Shown here piece by piece: positions 11,724 to 23,861 of a stretch of 64,000 bases of DNA. The position numbers were made by a program, and so were the translations under genes. The DNA comes from Carcharhinus amblyrhynchos (taxonomy: Eukaryota): NCBI GenBank assembly GCA_965287045.1, contig OZ336899.1, forward strand, positions 12,524,001-12,588,000. Direction: 5' to 3'. The notes below the pieces were generated by a model, which saw only the letters and a program-made list of their open reading frames with translations, was not told where the DNA came from and ran no database searches. Every line of letters begins with the position of its first letter. Position 1 is the first letter of the stretch.

Positions 11724-11833
11724 AAAATGGAACTGATCCACTTCAGATCAGCCATGATCTAATTGAATGGTGGGGCAGGCTCGAGGGGCTAGATGGCCTA
11801 CTCCTGCTCCTATTTCTTATGTTCTTATGTTCT
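11724..11833 (+). mobile_element. Displaced 3' tail of the 8170-9244 CR1
   Basis: aaaatggaactga...agatcagccatgatc...cctactcctgctcctatttcttatgttcttatgttct continues the sequence broken at 9244. Confidence 0.85.
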
Positions 11834-12499
11834 AAAATTGAAATAAGTAATTACTATGTTCTCCTGAAATCTGAGTTGCATTCCTACCAGACATACCAAC
11901 TGCCTGTAGCAATAAGCTGAATTTTTAAACATTCCTCTTAAAGATATATATGTGACTGGTTGAAGTTATTTAAGGACAGGTAACCTTGCATAGGAGTACC
12001 TTGAGGAAAGGGTGGTTGCAACCAGAGGAGATGCTGGGGGAAAGATTTCTGCACTGCCCAGTCCTTTGGCTCAGTGTTCTGGACACCTCACAGCTTACAG
12101 TCTGGCCCTGTGGTTAATGAAAACTCAAAAGGCTGCTTCCAGAATGGTAGTAAAATCATTATCGGTAATAAATCTGGCATAATTGGGTGAAATTAATCCT
12201 TTATACAATGAAACACAATCAATTTGTTGATGTATTTCAATAGTGTTTAAGTAAAAGAGCTTTGATTCAAAGACTTCCTCATCACACACCTAAGAAACAG
12301 TTCAGTGACTGGTTATATAAGCAAATGTGAAACTATTCAGAATTCCATAAACAATGATGATAAGCATGACCAGTAAATCATTGAGGTTTTGTTTAGAATC
12401 ATAAATAGAGTCATATAGCATAGAAGGATGTGTTCAGCCCATTGTACTTGCTCCAGCTCTTGAAAGAACTATCCAATTAGTCCCTGTTTAAAGGATGAA

Positions 12500-12730
12500 T
12501 ATTAGCCAAGACATTGATTGAACTCCCCCGTTCTTCTTGGGATCTTCAGCATCCAATAAACAGCAGTAACATGCAGGTAGTGCCTCTGTTTAATACATTC
12601 CCCAAAGGGTAGTGAATTGCATCAGTGTTTTCTGGAAGTGTCAGCCAAGATTGTGTGCTCAAGTCCTGGAGTGAGGCCACAACCTTCTGACTTGCAGGTG
12701 AGAGTGCTACCAGTTGAGGCAAGCTGCCAA
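12500..12730 (-). mobile_element. DeuSINE (SacSINE1-like) fragment
   Basis: gaagtgtcagccaagattgtgtgctcaagtcctggagtgaggccacaaccttctgact...gagagtgctaccagttgag is the reverse complement of a tRNA-like SINE head. Confidence 0.6.
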
Positions 12731-13524
12731 AGTAATTATTAAGCTAACTGTCCACCACTTCAATGAGTAAAGGCTAACTAGACATATGTCCACTGATGTC
12801 CTTGACTCTAATCTGGCTCCCAGCCAAGTTAATCTGAAAGTAGAATTCATGTAGAAATGTAAGAGCTTCACTCCAACTCTGATAATGTGTCCTTTTTAGC
12901 GCAGTGAAGTGACATGCAGTATGTGGTAAAGGTGACAGGGCAGAAATATTGTTTAGATTTGGTGAAATGAAAAGCATGCTATATGTATTCAGCTTCATTC
13001 TAACAAGTTTAAATGTGCAAAAACAAGCCGCAGAGTCCACCAGGTCTGGCTTGCACTCCATTATGTGAATCAACTGATATTATAGCAATTCCCTTGAACC
13101 ATCAGCACAGAGGGAGGCAGCTGTGGGTCATTAGCAAACCACAGAAAGTTGAAGGCCACTTTGATGTTTGTTATAATTGAGAGTTGCGAAGAAAAGAATC
13201 TAAGATATCACTAGTTCTGCCATCTTTGATTTCAATACTCAAAATGTGTGCAATAAATGTTACTGAGTTGTTTTGATGAGATTAACAGTGGAAGAAAGTA
13301 TCCTGAGAAAGGAACTTCCGAGTCCAAAGGAATGATGAAGCCTTTATTTCTGCATTCCCATAGTAATTCATCAGAAGATGTTCTTACCCAGGAACTGTTA
13401 CCACATCAAGAATGCTCTTATTAATGTCATTGAGAAATCCAAGTGGTTAGCAGAGGGGAAATGTGCGGGTCATATATTTGGATAAATTAGTTGGTCATTA
13501 GATGATACCAAACTTCCTCTGATC

Positions 13525-15690
13525 ATGGGAAGGGGAAAGCTGAAGATTTTCATATCAGGTCTTCTACTTTTTGGTTCATTAAGTATGTATGAGCCAGACC
13601 AGGTGCTAGACTTGGAAATTGGTGTGCATTTTGGTGATAGTGACCACTATTCGGTTACGTTCACCTTAGTGATGGAAAGGGATAGGCATGAGCCTCGGGT
13701 CAGTAGTTTTAGCTGGGGGAAGGGTAATTATGAGGCTATTAGGAGAGAATTAGGAAGCATAGGTTGGACTAGGAGATTACAGGGACTGGGAACGTCCGAA
13801 ATGTGGAGTTTTTTCAAGGAGCAGCTACTGCGAGTCTGTGATAGGTATGTCCCTGTCAGGCAAGGAGGATTTGGTAGGGCTAGGGAACCGTGGTGCACTA
13901 AAAAAGTTGATTCGTTAGTTAAAAAGAAAAAGGAGGCTTATGTTCGGATGAGGCTTGAGGGCTCAGGTAGTGCATTAGAAAGCTTTAGATTGGCTAGGAG
14001 GGAGTTGAAGAGTGAGTTAAGAAGGGCTAAAAGAGGACATGAGAAGACTTTGGCTGATAGGATTAAGGAGAATCCTAAGGCGTTCTATAGGTATGTCAAG
14101 AACAGAAGGTTGGTTAGGGCAAGATTAGGGCCAGTTACAGACAGTAGAGGGAAATTGTGTGTGGAACCGGAAGAGATTGGTGAGGCATTGAACCAATATT
14201 TCTCTTCGGTGTTCACGCAGGGGGACATGAATATAGCTGAGGAGGACACTGGGTTGCAGGGGTGTAAAATAGACAGTATTGCAGTTGATAAGGGGGATGT
14301 GCTGGATATTCTAGAGGGTTTGAAAATAGATAAGTCCCCTGGTCCGGATGGGATTTACCCTAGGATTCTCTGGGAGGCAAGAGAGGTGATTGCAGAGCCT
14401 CTGGCTCTGATCTTCAGGTCGTCGTTGGTCTCTGGTATAGTACCGGAAGATTGGAGGATAGCGAATGTTGTCCCATTGTTTAAGAAGGGGAACAGAGACT
14501 TCCCCGGGAATTATAGACCGGTGAGTCTTACTTCTGTTGTGGGCAAGGTTTTAGAAAAAATTATTAGGGATAGGATTTATAGTTATTTGAAGAGTAATGA
14601 ATTGATTGGAGATAGTCAGCATGGTTTTGTAGCGGGTAGGTCGTGCCTTACTAACCTTATTGAGTTTTTTGAGAAAGTGACCAAAGAGGTGGATGGGGGT
14701 AAGGCAGTTGACGTGGTATATATGGATTTTAGTAAGGCGTTTGATAAGGTTCACCATGGTAGGCTTCTGCAGAAAATGCAGATGTATGGGATTGAGGGTA
14801 GTCTAGGAAATTGGATCAGGAATTGGCTATCAGATAGGAGACAGAGGGTGGTGGTTGATGGTAAATATTCGTCATGGAGTTCGGTTACGAGTGGTGTGCC
14901 TCAGGGATCTGTTTTGGGGCCACTGCTGTTTGTAATTTTTATTAATGATATGGATGAGGGTATAGCTGGGTGGATTAGTAAATTTGCTGATGACACCAAA
15001 GTCAGAGGTGTGGTAGATTGTGAGGAAGGGTGTCATAGTTTGCAGGGAGACTTAGACAGGTTGCAGAGCTGGGCCGAGAGGTGGCGGATGGAGTTTAATG
15101 CAGAGAAGTGTGAGGTGATTCACTTTGGTAGGAATAACAGATGTGTTGAGTATAGGGCTAACGGGAAGACTTTGAATAGTGTGGATGAACAGAGGGATCT
15201 AGGTGTACGTGTACATAGATCCCTGAAAGTTGGGAATCAAGTAGATAAGGTTGTTAAGAAGGCATATGGCGTCTTGGCGTTTATTGGTAGGGGGATTGAA
15301 TTTAGGAGTCGCAGCGTCATGTTGCAACTGTACACAACTCTGGTGCGGCCGCACTTGGAGTCCTGTGTGCAGTTCTGGTCGCCACATTACAGGAAGGATG
15401 TGGAGGCTTTGGAGAGGGTGCAGAGGAGGTTTACCAGGATGTTGCCTGGTATGGAGGGGAGGTCCTATAAGGAGAGACTGAGGGATTTGGGGTTGTTTTC
15501 GCTAGAAAGAAGACGGCTAAGCGGGGATCTTATTGAAACATATAAGATGATTAGAGGTTTAGATAGGGTGGATAGTGATAGCCTTTTTCCTCGGATGGAG
15601 AAAGCTAGCACGAGGGGGCATGGCTTTAAAGTAAGGGGGATAGTTATAGGACGGATGTCAGGGGTAGGTTCTTTACCCAGAGGGTGGTGA
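13525..15690 (+). CDS. CR1 ORF2 RT open frame (721 aa; first ~22 aa come from flanking DNA, last few are out of frame)
   Basis: KSPGPDGIYPRIL, NYRPVSLTSVVGK, QHGFVAGRSCLTNL, DFSKAFDKV, SGVPQGSVLGP, KFADDTK. Confidence 0.85.
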   Translation: MGRGKLKIFISGLLLFGSLSMYEPDQVLDLEIGVHFGDSDHYSVTFTLVMERDRHEPRVSSFSWGKGNYEAIRRELGSIGWTRRLQGLGTSEMWSFFKEQLLRVCDRYVPVRQGGFGRAREPWCTKKVDSLVKKKKEAYVRMRLEGSGSALESFRLARRELKSELRRAKRGHEKTLADRIKENPKAFYRYVKNRRLVRARLGPVTDSRGKLCVEPEEIGEALNQYFSSVFTQGDMNIAEEDTGLQGCKIDSIAVDKGDVLDILEGLKIDKSPGPDGIYPRILWEAREVIAEPLALIFRSSLVSGIVPEDWRIANVVPLFKKGNRDFPGNYRPVSLTSVVGKVLEKIIRDRIYSYLKSNELIGDSQHGFVAGRSCLTNLIEFFEKVTKEVDGGKAVDVVYMDFSKAFDKVHHGRLLQKMQMYGIEGSLGNWIRNWLSDRRQRVVVDGKYSSWSSVTSGVPQGSVLGPLLFVIFINDMDEGIAGWISKFADDTKVRGVVDCEEGCHSLQGDLDRLQSWAERWRMEFNAEKCEVIHFGRNNRCVEYRANGKTLNSVDEQRDLGVRVHRSLKVGNQVDKVVKKAYGVLAFIGRGIEFRSRSVMLQLYTTLVRPHLESCVQFWSPHYRKDVEALERVQRRFTRMLPGMEGRSYKERLRDLGLFSLERRRLSGDLIETYKMIRGLDRVDSDSLFPRMEKASTRGHGFKVRGIVIGRMSGVGSLPRGW

Positions 15691-15888
15691 GGGATTGGAA
15701 TGCCCTGCCTGCTGCAGTTGTAAATGCGCCTAGTTTGGGGGCATTTAAGAGATCCGTGGATAGGTTTATGGACGAAAAGGGATTGGTTTAGATTAGTGGG
15801 TCATTGTTTTTTTTTAACTGGTCGGCGCAACATCGTGGGCCGAAGGGCCTGTTCTGCGCTGTAATGTTCTATGTTCTATGTTCTATGT
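13591..15888 (+). mobile_element. Young 5'-truncated CR1 LINE (family B, HER1-like)
   Basis: Open ORF from the endonuclease end (HFGDSDHYSV) through the complete RT, with a frameshift near 15640. 3' end is gggccgaagggcctgttctgcgctgtaa followed by (TTCTATG)n. Confidence 0.97.
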
Positions 15889-16069
15889 ATCAGCAGGAAG
15901 CTTGTCAAATCTAGGGGGGGCGGGTGGGTGGGGTGGGTGGGTGTGGAGCAGGGATTCACCTATTTCACCATTATCTCACAGGGTCAATGGCCCTGCCACC
16001 ATATTTAAACGGCTCCTGCATGCACACTCACTTACTGCAGGCCAAGTGTATATTATCGATCAGGCTTTC

Positions 16070-17430
16070 CATGGTGCCTAAAAGAACCAAACTACCCATT
16101 CCATGGTTCATCGGGGACTTCTACTCCAGGCCATCCAGGAAAGGGAGGGTATCCTTTTTCCTCAGGATGGAAGCAGGAGGTCCACCAACCTAACCTTGGT
16201 GGCCTGAGATGTCATTGGTGAAGTCAGCACCCGGGCCACCAAAAGAAAGAATGATCTAATGAGCACCACCAGGGTAAGTGAATCTTCTCCTCAATCAAAT
16301 TCACATTCTCGCAAGAGCTTCAGGCAGCCTAAGATTGGAGACCACAATGTCATGCACAACCAGCAAATGGGACAAGAGCACTGAATGTCTGACAATCGCT
16401 TTAAGATCCCCATCTCACATAAGACTCTGCACAAATGGCACATTCATCCTTTACTGGAGAGGGCTCAGTGCCCACAGTGAGCATGCATGCTTCAGAACTG
16501 CTCCTCCCTCAAGAAGCCAATGAGGATCCATCCAATGTACATCGGCCACACACAGACGATGACTGTGAGTGACCTATAGTGTAGGTGCCTGCCGAGTCAA
16601 TCATTAACACTTTTCTCCATTCCAGCTAACAGTAAGAAAGGGGATAGGGAGAACTCCAGAAAACGCTGGATAAGAATGATGAGCACTGCATTCACTTGCA
16701 CCTTCCACCAGTGCAGATGCACATTCTATTTTAAGAATACTTTTGTGAAAACTGAGATCAAGACCAATGATGAGCCTCTGCAATCAGCCTTGATAGAAAT
16801 GTTGCAGATGTAGAGACAGACAAGGGAACATCAGGCAGGATTGTCACCTGACGAAGGGGCTAACCCGAAAGCTTGCGAGTATATTATCAAATAAATAGGT
16901 TGGACTAAAACCTGGTGTTGTCAGACTTTTTACTGTGTTTACGCCAGTCCAACGCCGGCATACCCACATCATATCTTCGCTCTAGCCATGGCAGTGTTCC
17001 AGCAGTGGCTAAGCAAGAGAAGCAAGAGGCACCTCAGCCTTTTTGCAGGTGGCCCTTTTCCTCAAGCAGTCAGGGATAGGCCCTTGGGCACCCAAAAGGA
17101 GGAGCAGTATCAGCCAGACTCCCAGGGCTATCTACCCATGAATCTCCAAGGATGCCTGCCACTCCAAGTCTCCTCTGCCTGTGACCCCCATCATCTCCTG
17201 CAGGTCTGATCGAGTAGGGTGCCTGTGCCCTCAAGCAAGAAACTCTGAGTAGACTGGGTCCCTCCAGGATTCAGGCCTCCTTAGGATGCACACCAAAGTC
17301 ATCTCAGTCAACAGGGCATAACAGTCAGCAGGCTGCCTCCACCTCTGTTGCGGGTGTCAAGGCTGCATCTAAACATGACGGCAAAGGAAAATGTAGAAGT
17401 TGTAAATGCACAAAGATATATTTTGTTTTT
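16070..17430 (+). pseudogene. PIF/Harbinger-type Myb/SANT gene relic
   Basis: PWFIGD...LLLQAIQEREGILFPQDGSRRSTNLT...EVSTRAT...KRKNDLMSTTR, then the donor GTAAGT at ~16274. Homologous to the relic at 5331-5550. The downstream extent is approximate. Confidence 0.6.
16845..16971 (+). mobile_element. Solo PLE terminal-repeat fragment beginning at a hammerhead ribozyme core
   Basis: cac-CTGACGA-agGGGctaaCCC-GAAA-gctt, then aaataaataggttggactaaaacctggtgttgtcagact...ccagtccaacgccggc, homologous to 39482-39600 and 56012-56106. Confidence 0.85.
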
Positions 17431-18817
17431 AATCCCTCTCCAAGTCTTAGATATTGAAAGACTCATGGATGTGATGCAATGTCCTATATTCATTCAAGGG
17501 TCTAAATGCGTTCCCCCCGCCCCGGCAATTGTTTCTAATTTCCCATCTTGTTCCTCAGTTCCACGAGATTTCACTCAATCTGATCACCGTCAATTGCCTA
17601 GTTCCACGTAAGAAACATGAACAAAAGCAGTTCCTATTTGAAAATGATAGCTGGAAAATGCACCTGTAACCCATGCATCTGAGGCTCACATTATGTGATC
17701 TCATGAGAATTGCAAATGGGAAGTTAGTCAATATCCTGATTTGCTGCTCTGAAATATATTCTTAATATTTATCGTGACCCATGTTGGAGTCTTTTCATCT
17801 AAGTATTCTGGCTGGGGAATGGAAGAGAAGTGAGGATATCACAGTGAATGCTGATATTGTCCTTGACCCGTGTCCAGTGGTTGTGTTGGAGATCAGAAGG
17901 GACAATCCTGATTTCACTTGACTAAGGGACAATGAAAATATTGACAACATCTACAACACTCAACCTGAAACTAGGTAACACATCATAGAATGGGGATCAA
18001 TCCTAGCTCCCATCCAGGTCTGTATGGTTCATCCGTACTGTCTCAGAGAATGCTGGAGACATCAGAACCCACGAGCATTCTCTGTGCAGGCTAGTTTCCA
18101 GCTGATCTATGTCGGGAACCATATTTGCATTAATTTTCATCTCATGAACATTTGGCACCTCAGTGGGATTACATTCTCCCTCCAAATTAAGCACACTCCT
18201 GTGGATAATTAAAATGGGGAATGGGGTATTGAGGAGTGAGGATGCAAAACAAAGTGGAGTAGTAAGAGTCAGAGACTGTCCTGGGGCTGAGATCACACTG
18301 TTGGAGACGTTTTGAACAGGCTGCCCCAGGGCTGGAGACATGATATCAGGCATATACTGACCAAATGTCCTGGGGCTGGGGCCACACTGACCATTTCTGG
18401 GAAACTTAAAGGGAAAGGATACAATAATAGAATGATACAGCGATCAACTCAATCACAATTCTTATTACGTGAGTCCTAAGTTTGAGAATGTTCATTTAAT
18501 ATCATTCAGGCTGAATGCAGCTTGCACCAAATGATTGTTTTATTTTATTTATTAATTTGACAATAGAAAAATCCTAAAGGATTCCTAGAAATCATTTGTA
18601 TTTCATAAAGAGTGATGCCAGCACAGTTTGACAAAAGAAACTTCATTCCTTCGTTCCATTATTTTTTCACTCACGATCTGCCTCTAAACTTCTATTGAAC
18701 CATTTGTTAAGCCATGAACTAGTCACCGTCATAGAGTACCATAATTGCATCCCATTCAAACAAAATTTTGGTGAGTGAGATTTGGAAGGCACCAAATCAG
18801 AGTGAGGATGTTTATAC

Positions 18818-19086
18818 TGTTGTAGGGTGTCAGTAGGTCAGTAGGACTGAAAAAAAAATTTGTAGTCCTGTGTAAGCTAACTACAAGTCTTTACTGACTC
18901 TTAGAACTATTTACAAATATAAATAAAGGGTATAAGCTACGAACTGTCTCCATGCTTGCTAGTTTACAGTTCTGTCCAACACTCAACTGAACCTGGGTGC
19001 AGATCATGTGTTCTCTTACATAATTTTGTGGCAGTACTGTACTCAGTCCTACATTAACACTTTATGTACCAGACCCCTTTATTGCA
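18818..19086 (-). repeat. 3' LTR of the Gypsy provirus
   Basis: Shares blocks with 23599-23857: tcagtagg.ctgaa, aagtcttta.tga, ctatttacaaatat, tctccatgc.tgct, gtgttctctta, gtactgtactc, ccagaccc. PPT cttccccc at 19087-19094. Confidence 0.75.
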
Positions 19087-19566
19087 CTTCCCCCAAGTCT
19101 TTGCCCAATGTAGTTTGAGTAATTACGGATTACCTTGTGTATTGTATTGTCATTCATTAACATTGTCATTACTACATTATCACTATTCCATCTCCCCCTT
19201 TAGTTCCTGAATCCAAGGGTTCAGACAGCCTGGGAGACAGTTCACAGAAGCCTTCCATATCTCATTTGCACCACTGTTGGAGGTGTGGTGGGCTCTGTTA
19301 TTACCAGTTTTTTTCTGTAGGGTCGGAGGTTGTTCTGGCATCTGGGTATGTTTCTGTGTCTCTCCATTGCACAGTGGGATGGCAGTCTTGGGATAAGGTG
19401 GAGATTCCTTCTGTCTCTCCTGACTGTGCCCCCTGTGGTGCCAACTAGGTAGAAGCAAGGTTGGTTCTTATCCTTTCTAATGATGGTACCTTCTCCCTCA
19501 AGGTCTTTAGTCCAGGCCTTCTCATCTTTCTGGAATTGCTGTTAGTGTCTGCTGCAGTACCTTCTG

Positions 19567-20310
19567 TTACGTGGCAAAAAACTGCAGAGGGACCTCGGGG
19601 TCCTTGTGCATGAGCCGCAAAAACCCAGCCTGCAGGTGCAGCAGGTGGTCAGGAAGGCTAATGGGATGCTGGCCTTCATAGCTAGGGAGATTGAATAAAG
19701 AAGTAGGGAGGTCTTGCTGCAGCTGTATAGGGCATTGGTGAGGCCGCAGCTGGAGTACTGTGTGCAGTTTTGGTCGCCGTACTTACGCAAGGATATTTTG
19801 GCCTTGGAGGGAGTGCAGAGGAGGTTTACTAGGTTGAGTTGAGGGGGATGAGCTATGAGGAGAGGCTGAATAAACTAGGCTTGTACTCGTTAGAGTTTAG
19901 AAGAACGAGGGGAGATCTCATTGAGACGTATAAGATGATGAATGGGATGGATAGGATAGAGGTGGAGAGACTCTTCCCGCTCAGAAAGGACAGTAGGACT
20001 AGGGGGCACAGCCTCAAGATAAAGGGGGGGCGGTTTAGAACGGAGTTGAGGAGGAACTTCTTCACTCAAAGGGTGGTGAATCTCTGGAATTCTCTGCCTG
20101 TTGAGGTGGTGGAGGCTGCCTCGCTAAATATTTTTAAGACGCGGGTTGATGGGTTTTTGATAAGCGAGGGGATTAAGGGTTATGGGGAGAGGGCGGGAAT
20201 GTGGAACTGAGCCACGACAGATCAGCCATGATCTTATTGAATGGCGGGGCAGGCTCGAAGGGCTAGATGGCCTCCTCCTGCTCCTATTTCTTATGTTCTT
20301 ATGTTCTTAT
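19567..20310 (+). mobile_element. CR1 family A 3' fragment nested in the Gypsy integrase region
   Basis: Near-identical to 10960-11723 apart from small deletions. (TTCTTATG)n tail. Confidence 0.95.
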
Positions 20311-23300
20311 AAGTGGAACCTTGCTTCTGCCTGTAGAAGAGCTCTCTTCTTTGAAGGTCCTGGTAATTGTTGATTACCACCGCTTGTAGGAGTTTTTTGG
20401 CAAAATTGGAAGTAGTGTGCAGAGCTTCCTGCCCATCAAGAGTTCAGAAGATGACAGGTTGCATTATAAAAGGGTGGACCTTATGTGAGCAATACTGTTG
20501 GGAAATCCTCATTCTTTGTTAGATGGACTTTTACTGTATAAAACTCTCTTTCAGCTGGCACAGTGGTGGAAGCTAGATGTAGCGGTGAAGTACGCAAAAT
20601 ATTCATTTGAAAATTGTGCACTATTATCAGACACAATCTCATCCAGGATGGCATGGTTCACAAACGCAAATGGGGGAGAGGGCCTGGGTAAGATACACTG
20701 TCAGAGAGTCAGTGCAGACTCGATAAACTGAATGGATTCCTCCTGCACTGTAAAGATTCTATGATTCTATCTCTGAGCCTTAATTACTGTCTCTGTGGTC
20801 AGCATATAGTGTTACTTCACCTCAACCTTTCTACTGAAGTAGTCCATCACTATAAGGAATTATTTAGGGTTGAAGGTGAGCATCTGCCTTAGCCTGGTAA
20901 GGAATTGTATAGGGATGAGAGGTTCTCTTTAACCCTGCCTAATGCGCACATCTGGCAATTTGCAATGGTGTCTTCAATTGGTTGGAAATACTTGGCCACA
21001 GGCATTCTATTGTGCCCATGCTCTGCACTTGGTGATGCCCAGATGGCTCTGGTGTATTTTCTGAAGGATGTCTGGATGCAAGGAGACTGAATCACCAGTC
21101 ATTCATCGTAGACCAATAAGTCATCTATAATCATAAGAGTGTTTCTGTTGTTCAAAACAGGTTTTCATGGTGTCTGCATTTGGTCACAGCTCAGGCTATC
21201 TATGTTGGCAGTATTTGCAGAAGTGAACACACTGCTCACTGTGTAACTGTGTTTTTGTCCTTGATGGATCTGTTGGTGTTTGCTTATGGTTGCTGGCAGG
21301 TATCTCCTAGTCTGTTGGGACTTCCAGTTGTTCGATGAGATTGACATTCTTTTTGTTGGGAAGTCCATTGTGGCCCTTGAAAATGTGTTTTGTTTTTAAG
21401 CTGGAATGTATGCCATCTTGTAGGTGAATCTCATGAGGTGCAGGCAAATCCTTTGGATTCTTGGCAGCATCTTCTCTTGCTCCTTTGCATCCAATAGGAG
21501 ACTAGTGGCTTGTGAACCATTTTGATAGTAACACTGAGGCCGATGATATAGTCTGAAACCTTGTTGCGTTTCCATGTACTGAAAGACTTTCCTATGGTGG
21601 CGTAACTCGTCTCCATGTCCAACAGCCCTCTGGATGAATAGCGCACAGGTCGGCAACTTCTATGCAGTTGTTCCGGGAAAAGGACCACTGCCAAGCCTGT
21701 GGACAAAGCATCGGTTGCTTTGTGGTGAGTACCATAGCTAGGTCGTAGTGGACCAGAATGTCTATGAAAAGTAGCATCACCTTTAAGTGAGTGAAAGTTT
21801 GCTCTTGATATGAGTCCTAACACCAAGCTTAGTCTTTTTTAAGCAGATGCCTCAAAGGTTCTGAGATCTGTGCCAAATTTGGTAAAATTTTGCCAGCTGG
21901 CTCACCAATCCCCAGAATCATTGGAGGTCCGGACAAATGTTAGAAACTTGCCTTCACCTTGAAAATCTCATGTTTATCATTCAGTGTCAGCCCTGCTTCT
22001 TGCTCTTAAGTCTGCTGTGTCTCTTGCCATGTTTGTCTACTGTTGCACTGTGAACCAATACATTGTCCATATGGCAAATTAAGGTGCTGCAAGATGATCA
22101 TTAACTGAAATGTCAGTATTCTAAAATGAAAAATGAAGATCTTTGACCTCACACAGGAAGCATGGCTGTGTGTCTTCTAGTTTTGACCTTGTGTATAATC
22201 TTTGGACCTTAGGTTTGTTTCAGTTTTTGCCCTGAGCAGCTTGGCATGGTGTCCAATCTTGTTACATTGAAAACATTGGGTTAAAATTGCAGGACCTTAA
22301 TCTCACCTGTGGGGAGTGCTCCACTGGATTGAAATGGTCACTCCACTGGCTGGTTTGGATATTGCTTTCTCTGTTTTGGAGGATCCCACATCCTTGTTGC
22401 TTCAGTAGCTGAACTGTGGGTTGGCATCTGCACCCAGTTTATTTTCTTCCCTTAAAATGATTCTGTACTGCTTACAGAGTTGTGACTGTCTAACTATCTG
22501 GATTGTTATTTTCAGAGTTAGATTTTCTTCTACTTGCATGAGTCCATTAATGTATCAATTGCATTTCCCACAATTCCATATTCGCAACCTTCTGCCATCT
22601 TCGACAGATCATTGATGAATGCATCAAAGGTTCTCCAGGCTGCTGGACTCTCTTAATTTAAGCTCTTTTGAGTATTTTATTGCTTCTTAATTTAAAATAA
22701 ATGTTGAATTATTTTCATATCTCTTCAAATTTTGAGGATGATTCATTAATTCCCTCTCTTGAAATAATGTCCACAACTGGGTCCAGCGAGTAAAGCAGCA
22801 TATTGACCTGCTCTTCCTCTGACGTTTTATTTAAACCTGAAGCGATGCAATAGCTTAAGAAGTTTTTCTTCAAAAGTTCCCAGTTTCATGATTAATCTGG
22901 GCCGTGGATTAGTCCATATTGATTTGGAAATGTGGAATTCTGATATGTAGTTAAATTTTGTAAAAATGTTGGATCTGCTTTAAGAGCTTTTTGAATTTCA
23001 AGATAGCATTGCCATTCATTTGAAGACATTGGTGTTTCCCACACTTGTCATTTTTGGCAGGCTCTTCAACAATAGCAGTGGCACTCAGCTGGAATGTTTT
23101 CTTTAATGGCTGCTTGGATCAGCTGCCTTCAGCCTTCCCTTGTTCAGTGTTTTATTTTGGTGACTTGCAAGTCCATCGAATTTTTGCTTCTGCTTGCCTT
23201 TTGCTAAATTGACAGCCATGATGTAGTTAAAATATTTAATAAACACTTTTTTTATGTTTCTGATGAGTTCAGATGCCACATTTTCAGGCTTCAACTCAAG

Positions 23301-23598
23301 GATTGGTTTTTAGCAATGGGTTTTTCTCAAATTGCCCTTCTGACTCTGAATTGTTTTAAAGATTTCTTAGGACTTGCTGCAACCTGGAACTTTAAAATAT
23401 TTAGCACACCCTTGCAAGTTCTGCCAATCCTGCACTTTGAAGCTGGACTTCTAAAGGAGATTCAATGCAGTCTTCTCATCTGCTGCAGTAAGGGCTTTTA
23501 AATATCTGCCTTCAGCTTTTAAGCTTTTCTTTGGAACTATTTCCAGGCAATTTTAGTGAGTTTATGAATTTTTGTCCCTCTGCTTCCCCATATTCTGA

Positions 23599-23857
23599 TG
23601 TGTTAGTTATAGTTCAGTAGGTCTGAAGAATTCTTCGTAGTCATACATAGGTTAATGAGAAGTCTTTATTGATTCTTTGCCCTATTTACAAATATACAGT
23701 TAAGGGTACAAGCCAGGGGTCATCTCCATGCGTGCTGGTACACATGGCTTTGTCCATCAGATCCTGGGTGTGGGGCACGTGTTCTCTTATGTCATGGCAT
23801 TGGTGGTACTGTACTCTGTCCCAATTCGCTTTTTTTGTGCCAGACCCTTATACTACA
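23599..23857 (-). repeat. 5' LTR of the Gypsy provirus
   Basis: Diverged direct repeat of 18818-19086. A degenerate PBS-like sequence (atcagaatatggg on the minus strand) is adjacent at ~23587-23599. Confidence 0.72.
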
Positions 23858-23861
23858 TATA

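Larger units (their letters stand above)
18818..23857 (-). mobile_element. Ancient Ty3/Gypsy provirus with two diverged LTRs
   Basis: Minus-strand gag-like relic (~22600-22900), RNase H (VSDYIIGLSVTIKMVHKPLVS...PRIQRICLHLMRFTY) and integrase HHCC (IHQSHLGITKCRAWA). LTR pair with TG...CA ends, an adjacent PPT, and possible TSD TATAC/TATAT. Confidence 0.82.
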
